Of a stretch of DNA of 64,000 nucleotides, positions 9,468 through 17,407 are shown piece after piece. The notes under the pieces were generated by a model, which saw only the letters and a program-made list of their open reading frames with translations, did not search any database and had not been told where the DNA came from. Source of the DNA: Omnitrophica WOR_2 bacterium RIFCSPHIGHO2_02_FULL_50_17 (lineage in GTDB: Bacteria > Omnitrophota > Gorgyraeia > Zapsychrales > Zapsychraceae); the NCBI GenBank assembly GCA_001805645.1, contig MHGQ01000032.1, forward strand, positions 267 through 64,266, written 5' to 3'. A program made the position numbers and the translations under genes. Every line of letters begins with the position of its first letter. Position 1 is the stretch's first letter.

Positions 9468-10532
9468 CTAATCGATAATCGGATACGATCCGACCACCTT
9501 GAGATATTTACACATCCCCTCCAGCTGGTCGAGGGCCCTTTTGACATTCTTGTCCAGCCGATGGCCTTCAAAATCCACGAAAAAGTAATAGTCCCATGCC
9601 TTTTTTTTGGCCGGCCGTGATTCGATTTTGGTCAAATTGATGTTGTTCTTTACAAAGGGCGTCAGCATCGCATGCAATGCCCCCACCCGGTCTTTGATCG
9701 AAAACAAAATCGTCGTGCGGTCTTTCCCTGTCTGCGGCACATCCTGGGTGGCCAGGACCAGAAAACGCGTCGTATTGTGCGCCATATCCTGAATATTGCT
9801 TCTGAGAGTCGGCAGCCCATACACCTTAGCCGCGAAACTTGAGGCGATAGCGGCGGCCTTCTTGTCTTTAGCGGCGCACTGAGCCGCCTCCGTCGTTGAG
9901 GCGACCCAAATCTGCCCTAACCCTGGCAAATTCTGCAGCAGCCAGTTCCGGCATTGGCCGAATACCTGCTGGTTGGAATAAATCCGTTTAATATCCGTTA
10001 CGCTGCGGGCGTGAGACAGAAGGTTATGCGAAATCTTCAGCATAATCTGGGCGCAGATCTTCAATTCCGAATCGACCAAAAGGTCGAAGGTATGGGTCAC
10101 CGCCCCTTCAATGGAGTTTTCAACCGGGACAACGCCGTAATCGCAGTCGCCGTGCTCAACCCTCTGGAACACATCCAGGATGCTGTCGCACGAGACATAT
10201 TCCACCCGCGAGCCGAACTTCTTGTTGGCGGCCAAATGCGTAAAAGACCCTTCCGTACCCAGATAGGCGATACGCAGTTCTTTTTCCATGGACAGAGAAC
10301 TCGACATAATCTCCCGATAAATGGCCTCAAAATCCTCAGCGGACATCGGCCCCTGATTGAGGGCCCTCACACGCTGGAGGACTTCCTTCTCCCGATGCGG
10401 CGAGTAAATGCCCTTTTGGGTCTTCAACTTTTCTTGGCCGATAGCCAGACTCAGTTTGGCCCGTTTATTGAGCAATCCGACAATCTGACCGTCAAGCGTA
10501 TCAACCTGTCTTCGCAGATTTTTAAGACTCAT
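9468..10532 (-). CDS. pheA: Chorismate mutase/prephenate dehydratase (P-protein)
   Basis: MSLKNLRRQVDTLD CM domain; VVPVENSIEG, NTTRF, LTKIESRP; start trimmed to ATG 10532. Confidence 0.95.
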   Translation of the reverse strand: MSLKNLRRQVDTLDGQIVGLLNKRAKLSLAIGQEKLKTQKGIYSPHREKEVLQRVRALNQGPMSAEDFEAIYREIMSSSLSMEKELRIAYLGTEGSFTHLAANKKFGSRVEYVSCDSILDVFQRVEHGDCDYGVVPVENSIEGAVTHTFDLLVDSELKICAQIMLKISHNLLSHARSVTDIKRIYSNQQVFGQCRNWLLQNLPGLGQIWVASTTEAAQCAAKDKKAAAIASSFAAKVYGLPTLRSNIQDMAHNTTRFLVLATQDVPQTGKDRTTILFSIKDRVGALHAMLTPFVKNNINLTKIESRPAKKKAWDYYFFVDFEGHRLDKNVKRALDQLEGMCKYLKVVGSYPIID

Positions 10533-11352
10533 TTTCTGATCTTTGTGTCTCTTGCGCCGCAGGAAGGGTTGGCACTGCGTCTTGAGAAACACTCCCGGGC
10601 TCATCCTCTGTTGACTGATCCAGTTTTGCCTCAACACTTCTTTCCGCGGCCTGTGGGGCTGCTTCCCCCAATTCCCGCCCGCCAGAGGAGCCGCCCTTTG
10701 GGCGAGCCTCGCCCGGCCTCGATGAGGCCATCGGCCGAGGCGGGCCATTCGGCGGGAGGCTCGCCAAAGGCGGCCCGCCTTCCTGCAACTGCGCAGGGAC
10801 AAGGGTTGGAAATTCCTCCAGCCGGGGCATATCCTCCAAAGATTTCAACCCAAAATACTCCAAAAATTGTTTTGTTGTCCCGTAAAGAAACGGCCTGCCG
10901 GGCACCTCTCTGCGTCCGACACCCTTGATCAATTCCTTGCTTAAAAGATGTGCCACCACGCCGTCGGAGTTTACCCCGCGGATAAGCTCAATATCTCCCC
11001 GCGTGACCGGCTGTTTATAGGCAACGATGGCCAGTGTCTCCAGGGCCGGACGGGACAGTTTCTCTTTGTGCTTTGTTTTATAAAAACTGCGGATGTAATC
11101 CGCATAATGGGGATTGCTGAGCATCTGATAGCCGCCGGCGATTTCCACAATCTTCATGCCGCTTTGTCTCTGTTCGTAGTCTTCCTTCAGGATTGAGATC
11201 ACCTTCTTAATTTCCCCCAGCGTGACCGTTTCCATGACCTTTTTCATCTGATCCAAGGCCACGGGCTTCTCATTGACAAATAACAAGGCCTCGACCACAC
11301 CCCGGACATACATGAGTTGGTCATCTGTTTTATCGGATAGTTGTTGCGTCAT
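10522..11352 (-). CDS. scpB: SMC-Scp complex subunit ScpB with long C-terminal tail
   Basis: VEALLF, LSRPALETLAIVAYKQPVTR, GRPFLYGTTKQFLEYFGL. Confidence 0.95.
   Translation of the reverse strand: MTQQLSDKTDDQLMYVRGVVEALLFVNEKPVALDQMKKVMETVTLGEIKKVISILKEDYEQRQSGMKIVEIAGGYQMLSNPHYADYIRSFYKTKHKEKLSRPALETLAIVAYKQPVTRGDIELIRGVNSDGVVAHLLSKELIKGVGRREVPGRPFLYGTTKQFLEYFGLKSLEDMPRLEEFPTLVPAQLQEGGPPLASLPPNGPPRPMASSRPGEARPKGGSSGGRELGEAAPQAAERSVEAKLDQSTEDEPGSVSQDAVPTLPAAQETQRSENES
10674..10779. repeat. GC-rich nested palindromic element in frame in the scpB tail
   Basis: Triloop hairpins cgccc-ttt-gggcg, ggcctc-gat-gaggcc, cgcc-aaa-ggcg plus gagcctc/gaggctc arms. Confidence 0.65.
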
Positions 11353-11385
11353 ATTTTAACTTAGCCTCCGTCCGCTGTTTTTCCC

Positions 11386-12024
11386 TCATCCGGCAACAGA
11401 ACGGATTTTCTGATTATAGATCTCGTTTAACAGGGCCTCGGTCGTGCGGATTTCCCCGGAACGCTCCATGGCCTTGCGGATCATTTCTCTGGCCTCCGCC
11501 TTTTTATACTGGAGCTGAAGAAGAATCTCCAAGGCCTCCTCTTGCCAGTCGGGCGCCTTCTCCAAGACGGCGGGGGCCGTTTCCTTGTCCTGAATCAGCC
11601 CGAATTTGCCCATCTTGCCTTGCAGCTTCGCAACAATCTCCCTGGCCTTTTGCATGCCGATCCCGGGAAGCGTCTTGAGGTAATGAATATCTCCCTCGTG
11701 AATAGCCCGCGTGATTTCCGAGATAGGTTGAGTGAGCGCCTTGATGGCTGCGCGCGGGCCGATACCGGAGACCTTGATAAACTGTTGAAAAAAATCCCGC
11801 TCTATTTCGTTCATAAAACCAATCAGAACCGGTATCCCGCTGGAGGGCCCTATTTGCAGATAATGGTAGGTCACGAGATTCACGCAGCCCTGCTCATCCG
11901 TGGTTTCTTCGATGCGGTTCATGACCGAGGTCGGCACCATAATCTCATAACATAAGCCGTTGACGTTAAGGATGAGCGACTGGTTTTGTTTCTGGACAAG
12001 TTTTCCTGTGATTCGTGCAATCAT
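11386..12024 (-). CDS. ruvA: Holliday junction branch migration protein RuvA
   Basis: MIARITGKL, VNGLCYEI, VSGIGPRAA, LPGIGMQKAREIVAKL. Confidence 0.93.
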   Translation of the reverse strand: MIARITGKLVQKQNQSLILNVNGLCYEIMVPTSVMNRIEETTDEQGCVNLVTYHYLQIGPSSGIPVLIGFMNEIERDFFQQFIKVSGIGPRAAIKALTQPISEITRAIHEGDIHYLKTLPGIGMQKAREIVAKLQGKMGKFGLIQDKETAPAVLEKAPDWQEEALEILLQLQYKKAEAREMIRKAMERSGEIRTTEALLNEIYNQKIRSVAG

Positions 12025-12503
12025 ATCCCGCGTCTGTGAATATGCATATACCCCAGGGCCAGGGCCAGGGCGTCACTGGCATCCAAAGTCAGTTGACGCT
12101 CATCAATTCCAAGCGCCTGGGCAACCACCCGCTGCGTCTGAATCTTGCTGGCATTACCGTTTCCGGTCAAGGCTTTACGAATCCGCTTAACGCTGTGCTC
12201 GGCCAGGGCAAGATTTTTTTGCGCGCACAAAAGACAAATGACCCCGCGCACGTGTCCCAGGATACTGGCTGTGGTCGGGTGTTTATAATGCGCGTACAAT
12301 TTCTCTAAAACAAGGACATCCGGCTTATGCTGATCAATAATTTCGCTCAAAAGGCTGTAAACTTTGTGAATGCGATTCTGAATAAGATCCCTCTGCCGAG
12401 GCATGATGGTCCCCGTCTCCAACAATTTTATTTTGTTATGATTGTGCTCAATACATCCGTAACCGGTCGCCTTAAGACCGGGATCAATCCCGAGTATCTT
12501 CAT
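12021..12503 (-). CDS. ruvC: Crossover junction endodeoxyribonuclease RuvC
   Basis: ILGIDPG, TGNGNASK, DASDALALAL. Confidence 0.96.
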   Translation of the reverse strand: MKILGIDPGLKATGYGCIEHNHNKIKLLETGTIMPRQRDLIQNRIHKVYSLLSEIIDQHKPDVLVLEKLYAHYKHPTTASILGHVRGVICLLCAQKNLALAEHSVKRIRKALTGNGNASKIQTQRVVAQALGIDERQLTLDASDALALALGYMHIHRRGI

Positions 12504-13255
12504 ACGCCCTGCGCAATTTTATCCATTTCCTCATCGGGGATGTCAAAATTCGCGTGAACGTTCTGCACATCCTCGTGCTCCTCAAGGGCCTCCATCAATT
12601 CCAAAAGAGACTTGGCCTCCTGGCCGACAACCCGCACATAAGAACTGGGCAGCATCGTCATCTCGGCGGTAACGACGGGGATGCGTTTGGCCTCCAGGGC
12701 CGATTGAATCCTGGAAAGATGAGGGAGATCACACGTGATTTCGTGATAACGCCCCTCGGAGTTGATATCGTCAGCTCCGGCCTCGAGGGCAATCTCCATC
12801 AGCTGCTCTTCACCAACTTTATCTTTCTCAATCGAGACAAATCCCTTTTTAGAAAATAAATAAGAGGTGGCTCCGGGCCCGGCCAAAGTGCCGTTTTTCT
12901 TAGAAAGAAGATTGCGAATCTCGGCCGTGGTGCGGTTTTTATTATCCGTCAATCCCTCAATAAGCATCGCCACCCCTCCCGGGCCATACGCATCAAAAGT
13001 GACATTCTCATAAGTGACACCGGGAAGCTCGCCTGTCCCTTTTTTGATTGCGCTCTCAACATTCGTCGAGGGCATGTTGATGCCCTTGGCCCGTTCGATG
13101 GCCGCCCGCAGACGCGCATTCGTGTCCGTATTGCCGCCGCCTTCCCGGGCAGCCGCCGTAATTTCCCGGATCATTTTCGTAAAGGCCGCCCCTCTCTTGG
13201 CATCTGCCGCAGCCTTTTTATGTTTAATACTCGCCCATTTTGAGTGACCTGACAT
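12500..13255 (-). CDS. yebC: YebC/PmpR family protein
   Basis: MSGHSKWASIKHKK, TDNKNRT, DVQNVHAN; AGGAGG RBS at 13263-13268. Confidence 0.96.
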   Translation of the reverse strand: MSGHSKWASIKHKKAAADAKRGAAFTKMIREITAAAREGGGNTDTNARLRAAIERAKGINMPSTNVESAIKKGTGELPGVTYENVTFDAYGPGGVAMLIEGLTDNKNRTTAEIRNLLSKKNGTLAGPGATSYLFSKKGFVSIEKDKVGEEQLMEIALEAGADDINSEGRYHEITCDLPHLSRIQSALEAKRIPVVTAEMTMLPSSYVRVVGQEAKSLLELMEALEEHEDVQNVHANFDIPDEEMDKIAQGV

Positions 13256-13267
13256 TTGAAAACCTCC

Positions 13268-13337
13268 TTCAATGAGCACGTAATTTATGGAACGAAGTGA
13301 ACATAAATTACTGTGCGAATTGAACCCTTGACATTTT
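13268..13337 (+). repeat. Left structured inverted repeat flanking the GIY-YIG gene
   Basis: ttcaat-GA-gcacgtaatttatg-loop-cataaattac-t-gtgc-GA-attgaa followed by tail cccttgacatttt. Confidence 0.85.
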
Positions 13338-13598
13338 GCTTTTATCAAAGGAACTTATCATTTTCTCTATTGTTGTTTTCCTCGTTTTTCCATTTTTGAA
13401 CTGTTGTTCCCGTCTAAATACTTCCGAACGAGAATTCAATTCTTCAAAATAAACCAATTCTAGTGGTCTTTTATTCTTAGTAGAGGCAACGTCCCCCTGG
13501 CAATGTCTTTTAAAACGCTCCGACAGATTATTTGTGTGCCCATAATACCTTGAGCCATCATGGCACGCCAAAATGTAGAAATAATACGCTGATTCCAT
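13308..13598 (-). CDS. Small stand-alone GIY-YIG nuclease (UPF0213/YhbQ-like)
   Basis: YFYILACHDGSRYYGHTNNLSERFKRH..TKNKRPLELVYFEE..RREQQFK; ATG at 13598 (TTG 13613 possible). Confidence 0.9.
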   Translation of the reverse strand: MESAYYFYILACHDGSRYYGHTNNLSERFKRHCQGDVASTKNKRPLELVYFEELNSRSEVFRREQQFKNGKTRKTTIEKMISSFDKSKMSRVQFAQ

Positions 13599-13603
13599 AC
13601 GGT

Positions 13604-13679
13604 AAAATGTCAAGGGTTGAATTCGCGCAAATGGTTTATGTGCGCACTAAGTGCGCACATAAACCATGCGCTCATTCAA
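13604..13679 (-). repeat. Right structured inverted repeat flanking the GIY-YIG gene
   Basis: Minus strand: ttgaat-GA-gcgcatggtttatg-tgcgcac-tta-gtgcgca-cataaaccat-tt-gcgc-GA-attcaa followed by tail cccttgacatttt. Confidence 0.85.
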
Positions 13680-14271
13680 GCAAACCAAGTAAGCCGAGTT
13701 CTGTTATCCCATAAAGGGTGATGGTTATTCCACTGACTCCGGAGATCACTCTTTCCCTCACGCCTGCCTGCCGCCTGCCTGTCGGCAGACAGGGCAGGCA
13801 GGCTAGGCGCGCGGGAATTCCCTCCCTCATCTTCTTGCGTGATATTGAAGGGGAACCGGACTCTTGCAACCTACCCGGGAATAATGACGAAGCGGATCAC
13901 CTCGTTACCTTTAAAATCCGAAATCTGAATATCGTCCGCCTGAGGCGGACATGCTTCGAATTTTACAGGTATCTTCCCCTATTCGGTCTTGCTCCATGCA
14001 GAGATTGCCGCGTTTCACCCGCCCCACCATAGGTGGGACTCGTGGAATCATCACCTCTCCAAATTTTTAGAGGTAGCGAGATTACACCCTCCTATGGGGA
14101 ACGACTCGTCTCTGTGGCTCTGATCCTCCCCCCGCCCCTTTGCAAAACAAAGCGCCGGGAGTGTCCTGAATTAACAGGATGCATGATCCTCTGGAGCTCG
14201 GACTTTCCTCCCCGCCGTAATTATTCCGAGACGATGTCGGAAAACGCCGGGGCAACCATCTTGGCTTGCTT
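13678..14271 (-). ncRNA. rnpB: RNase P RNA, enlarged (~595 nt) by palindromic insertions
   Basis: GAGGAAAGUCCGAGCUCC (14210-14193), GCCACAGAGACGA, GGGUGAAACG, GGAGCAAG, 3' ACAGAACUCGGCUUA; P1 pairing aagcaagccaag/cttggtttgctt. Confidence 0.95.
13763..13802. repeat. 20-bp palindrome cctgcctgccggcaggcagg interrupted by a second copy cctgcctgtcggcagacagg (inside rnpB)
   Basis: Removing 13774-13793 restores the perfect 20-mer. Confidence 0.85.
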
Positions 14272-14676
14272 CTTCCTAAAATTCTCCAAAGCGTTGTTGG
14301 CTAATTTATCCGCCGCCTTGTTTTGTTCCCGGGAGACATGCCTTATTTCCAGACGCTCGAATCCCCGTTTAAGATGAAGCACCTGGTCAAAGTAAACTTT
14401 CAGGTGTTCGTTTTTTATCCGATAAACGCCTGTAAGCTGACGGTAGACAAGCTCACTGTCCGTAAAAATCCTGACCTCTTTGGCCTTGAGGACTAAGGCC
14501 TCCTGCAGGGCATAAATCAACGCGAGGTATTCGGCTATGTTATTCGTCACCTCGCCGATTGTCCTGGAAATTTCTGCGATCGTTTTATCATCCCGGGTAA
14601 TGACAACGCCGATAGCCCCAGGCCCCGGATTCCCCCGGCAGGCCCCATCAATAAATATATCCCAAGCGTCTTTCAA
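14221..14676 (-). CDS. rnhA: Ribonuclease HI (RNase_HI_like)
   Basis: DGACRGNPG, TNNIAEY, TDSELV, HVSREQNKAADKLAN. Confidence 0.93.
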   Translation of the reverse strand: MKDAWDIFIDGACRGNPGPGAIGVVITRDDKTIAEISRTIGEVTNNIAEYLALIYALQEALVLKAKEVRIFTDSELVYRQLTGVYRIKNEHLKVYFDQVLHLKRGFERLEIRHVSREQNKAADKLANNALENFRKKQAKMVAPAFSDIVSE

Positions 14677-15398
14677 AGATCATCCTCAATATACAAAATC
14701 CGTTGACACATCTCGCATTCCACAAGCTGATCATGCATCCGGATGGTATTGATTTGCTGCTGTGTTACATTCATAAAACACCCGCCGCACGAATTGCCCT
14801 GTAAGCGGGCGATGGCGAGGCCGCTTTTGTGCATTAAAACCCGTTCATAACGGTTTAGACAATGGGGGTCGATATCGGGAAGAATCTGTTTTCTCTGCGA
14901 CTCAAGAACCTTAATCCTGTCCTGGGCCAGCGTCATCTGATCCTCCATCTCATTTTTTTGGGCCAGATAACGCTTTTCTTCCTGTGCGACAACACCTCTC
15001 TCTTTTTCTATTTCCCTTCCGACCGCATCCGCCTCATCATAGGCGATAAGAATTTTTTCCTCAAGAATCGACTGATCCGCCCTAATATGTTCCATCTCGG
15101 CAATTTTCGCCTGATATTCCTTATTGGTTTTGATCTGGGAAAGCTGCGTATTGGCCTTGAGATGCTCGTCTTCCTTGCCCTTTAATTCCAATTCCAGGCT
15201 CTTGCGCCCGAGCAAAATTTTCTTTAACTTCTCCTCCAGTTCGTTGAGATGCGCCTTATTTTTTTCAAATTTTTCTTTCAATTCCCCGATAAGGATGGGC
15301 TTGCGGGTCAATTCCTCTTTTAAGCCGTAGATATCCGAGTCGATTTTCTGAAGATCAATCAATCTTCTGATTTGATCTCTAATGGAAATTTGCGCCAC
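14673..15398 (-). CDS. Coiled-coil C4-type zinc ribbon protein (DUF164-like)
   Basis: LIDLQKID N-terminus, coiled coil, CGGC..CEMCQRILY; usual neighbour of rnhA-rnpB. Confidence 0.9.
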   Translation of the reverse strand: MAQISIRDQIRRLIDLQKIDSDIYGLKEELTRKPILIGELKEKFEKNKAHLNELEEKLKKILLGRKSLELELKGKEDEHLKANTQLSQIKTNKEYQAKIAEMEHIRADQSILEEKILIAYDEADAVGREIEKERGVVAQEEKRYLAQKNEMEDQMTLAQDRIKVLESQRKQILPDIDPHCLNRYERVLMHKSGLAIARLQGNSCGGCFMNVTQQQINTIRMHDQLVECEMCQRILYIEDDL

Positions 15399-15504
15399 GT
15401 CCTCGATTTCCTTTTATCCACATTTTCAAAAACCCTATCTTCTCCCACAGCCCGTCGAAAGCGTCGGCGCCATCTGAGCCCTTCAACCAATTTTGGAAAC
15501 TATG

Positions 15505-15578
15505 TGGACTCAGTAGGACTTGAACCTACGGCCTTCGCCATGTGAGGGCGACGCTCTAACCAACTGAGCTATGAGTCC
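15505..15578 (-). tRNA. tRNA-Val(CAC)
   Basis: GGACTCA acceptor stem, TAGCTCAGTTGGTTAGAGC D-arm, loop CT-CAC-AT, GGTTCAAGTCC; CCA not encoded. Confidence 0.93.
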
Positions 15579-15601
15579 CTATTTCAATATTGATAAAATC
15601 C

Positions 15602-15675
15602 TGGGCCCACCAGGACTTGAACCTGGGACCACCTGATTATGAGTCAGATGCTCTAACCGGCTGAGCTATGGGCCC
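15602..15675 (-). tRNA. tRNA with CAT anticodon, probably tRNA-Ile2 (lysidine-modified)
   Basis: GGGCCCA acceptor stem, loop CT-CAT-AA, GGTTCAAGTCC; no initiator features; CCA not encoded. Confidence 0.88.
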
Positions 15676-15734
15676 GGCAAGCATTTTTCATCCTGGCGTT
15701 CCCAACATCGAAAAATATCGACAAAATTTAATTA

Positions 15735-15763
15735 AGCATATCACAATGCCCCTTTATTTTCAA
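15735..15763 (-). promoter_or_regulatory. Putative sigma70 promoter for the tRNA pair
   Basis: TTGAAA-17 nt-TATGCT with extended TG. Confidence 0.55.
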
Positions 15764-15988
15764 TAGGTTTTCTTGAAGGAGAAATTGTTTTTGGGCTCAT
15801 CCTAAGCGGCTTCCCCTTAACAATTATTCCGAAAATAAGTGTCTGATAATCATGCACTTGGGGTAAATGACTTTCCCTCCATTCCCCTCGCCCAGTCTCT
15901 TTCTACGGCCATATCCATCCCTTGACTCGTTCGGGGCGCCCAAGCCCTCCCATGAGGGGATACTGTGAACGCCTCTCGTTTTTTTTGT

Positions 15989-16507
15989 TTACAACCATCC
16001 GCAGAGAACGAGGCCGCAGATAGTCTTGGCATCGTGGATACACCCCTTTCGAAAAATCTTTTTTGCCTCCATCTTCGTTAAAATTCTGGGGCGAATGATC
16101 TCATCCTTATCCTTGGTCCCCTTCTCCCGGGTTAATCCTTCAGCTTTGTAGATATAAATAATCTCAGTGGAATAACCGGGAACGGGATAAATCCTGCCCA
16201 ACCGCTGTAACCTGCCTGCCTTATAATTCGTTTCTTCAATCAGTTCGCGCCGGGCACAGAGGAGCGGCCGTTCGTTTTTATCCAGCGTGCCGGCGGGAAG
16301 TTCGAGTAAATAACGGCCTAGGACGGGGCGGTACTGATCCAGAAAGACAACCTTATCTTTGGTTAAAAACGGGATGATTAAAACAGCTCCGGGATGTTCA
16401 ATCCTGTCAACCTCGACTCTTAAACCATTAGGGAGTGTCTTACGCACAACGGCAAAACTAAACTTCTTGCCCCGAACTTTCATATCCATGAGCATCTCCT
16501 GTTTCAT
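15989..16507 (-). CDS. NUDIX hydrolase (ADP-ribose pyrophosphatase-like)
   Basis: HPGAV, QYRP, ELPAGTLD..CARRELIEET Nudix box, IHDAKT. Confidence 0.9.
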   Translation of the reverse strand: MKQEMLMDMKVRGKKFSFAVVRKTLPNGLRVEVDRIEHPGAVLIIPFLTKDKVVFLDQYRPVLGRYLLELPAGTLDKNERPLLCARRELIEETNYKAGRLQRLGRIYPVPGYSTEIIYIYKAEGLTREKGTKDKDEIIRPRILTKMEAKKIFRKGCIHDAKTICGLVLCGWL

Positions 16508-17328
16508 CAGGCCAATCCAAGACGACCCTTGGTGCGAACAATTAAGACCGTGGCCGTCGCCATCATAGCCATCATCAACACAAACATATAATCTCCCCTG
16601 GGCATGAGAGCAACAAAACTTCGTGAGATCGTGGCATCTATCGCGTTAAAGACGGCATGGACAAAAGCCGCCACCAACAAACTCCCTCGCGTTCTGTTAT
16701 AAAACCATGTCAACACGACGGATAAACAAAGAATAGTTACCCCAAAAAAGAAAAATTCCTGCAACACGAATCCTCTAACCGTTAGAATGGGAAAGTGCAC
16801 CAACCCCCAGATCAGCCCGACTATAAGGGTGGATATAAAAGGAGAAAATCTCTGCTGCAGATAAACAAGGACAAAACCACGCCAGCCCGCCTCCCCTCCG
16901 ATACTCTCGGTTGATAAAGAAAAAATAAAGCGTTGACACAAGACGAGTGGAATAAATCCCATCTGATTCCCCTCGATCCTCCCTCCCCCCATCCCATACA
17001 AGCCTACGGCCCCTAAAGCGCTCATGAAAGGGATAAGCACGGCCCAAAGCCATAAACGCATACCTACCCGCCACTTCAAAAACCGGCCTAATAATTCTCT
17101 CACCCTTGGCCAACCGCCGCTAACACCTAAAACAATCACTGCAGCAATGTTGGGAGTCCAGTTCAATAACGTCTGTCTTGTTCTCAAGATAGCAACGACG
17201 TGCCCTTCGCCATAAAGAAACCATTGACCGAAGGCAGGAAATATTCCCATTATATTGACAAATAGGCCGCCCCAGGTCATTAAAACCGTTAATGCCACGA
17301 AAGAGATCAAAGGATGTTTTTTTATCAT
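16507..17328 (-). CDS. CPBP (CAAX/Abi) intramembrane protease-family protein
   Basis: GEAGWRG (EExxxR variant), WGLVH, HAVFN; multiple TM helices. Confidence 0.85.
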   Translation of the reverse strand: MIKKHPLISFVALTVLMTWGGLFVNIMGIFPAFGQWFLYGEGHVVAILRTRQTLLNWTPNIAAVIVLGVSGGWPRVRELLGRFLKWRVGMRLWLWAVLIPFMSALGAVGLYGMGGGRIEGNQMGFIPLVLCQRFIFSLSTESIGGEAGWRGFVLVYLQQRFSPFISTLIVGLIWGLVHFPILTVRGFVLQEFFFFGVTILCLSVVLTWFYNRTRGSLLVAAFVHAVFNAIDATISRSFVALMPRGDYMFVLMMAMMATATVLIVRTKGRLGLA

Positions 17329-17340
17329 AGCCTTCAGAGC

Positions 17341-17369
17341 AAAGGCCTGCTGGAGTCCAGCAGGCCTTT
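17341..17369. repeat. Perfect hairpin, possible terminator or palindromic element
   Basis: aaaggcctgctgga-g-tccagcaggccttt. Confidence 0.6.
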
Positions 17370-17407
17370 ATCAACACTTTAAAAAACTTCCTTGCGGCTT
17401 TGCGTCA

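Noticed and set aside
10533-10802. Long N-terminal extension of PheA (similarly LepB, YebC, GlgC, SMC, Gmd in the ORF track)
   Set aside because: Overlap upstream genes; downstream ATGs fit the family starts
9954-10928. 324-aa plus-strand ORF (likewise 17821-18900 and 28193-29239)
   Set aside because: Antisense shadows of pheA/scpB, rpoD and glgC with no motifs
13672-14377. Small ORFs over this interval
   Set aside because: The region is the RNase P RNA gene plus the rnhA 3' end
15414-15422. Perfect DnaA box TTATCCACA
   Set aside because: Single copy with no cluster; insufficient for oriC
15505-15675. tRNAs as island or prophage attachment sites
   Set aside because: No integrase and no duplicated tRNA 3' end seen in the window
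15867-15968. 33-aa Pro-rich plus-strand ORF or possible sRNA
   Set aside because: No recognisable motif or convincing structure; cannot be supported by eye
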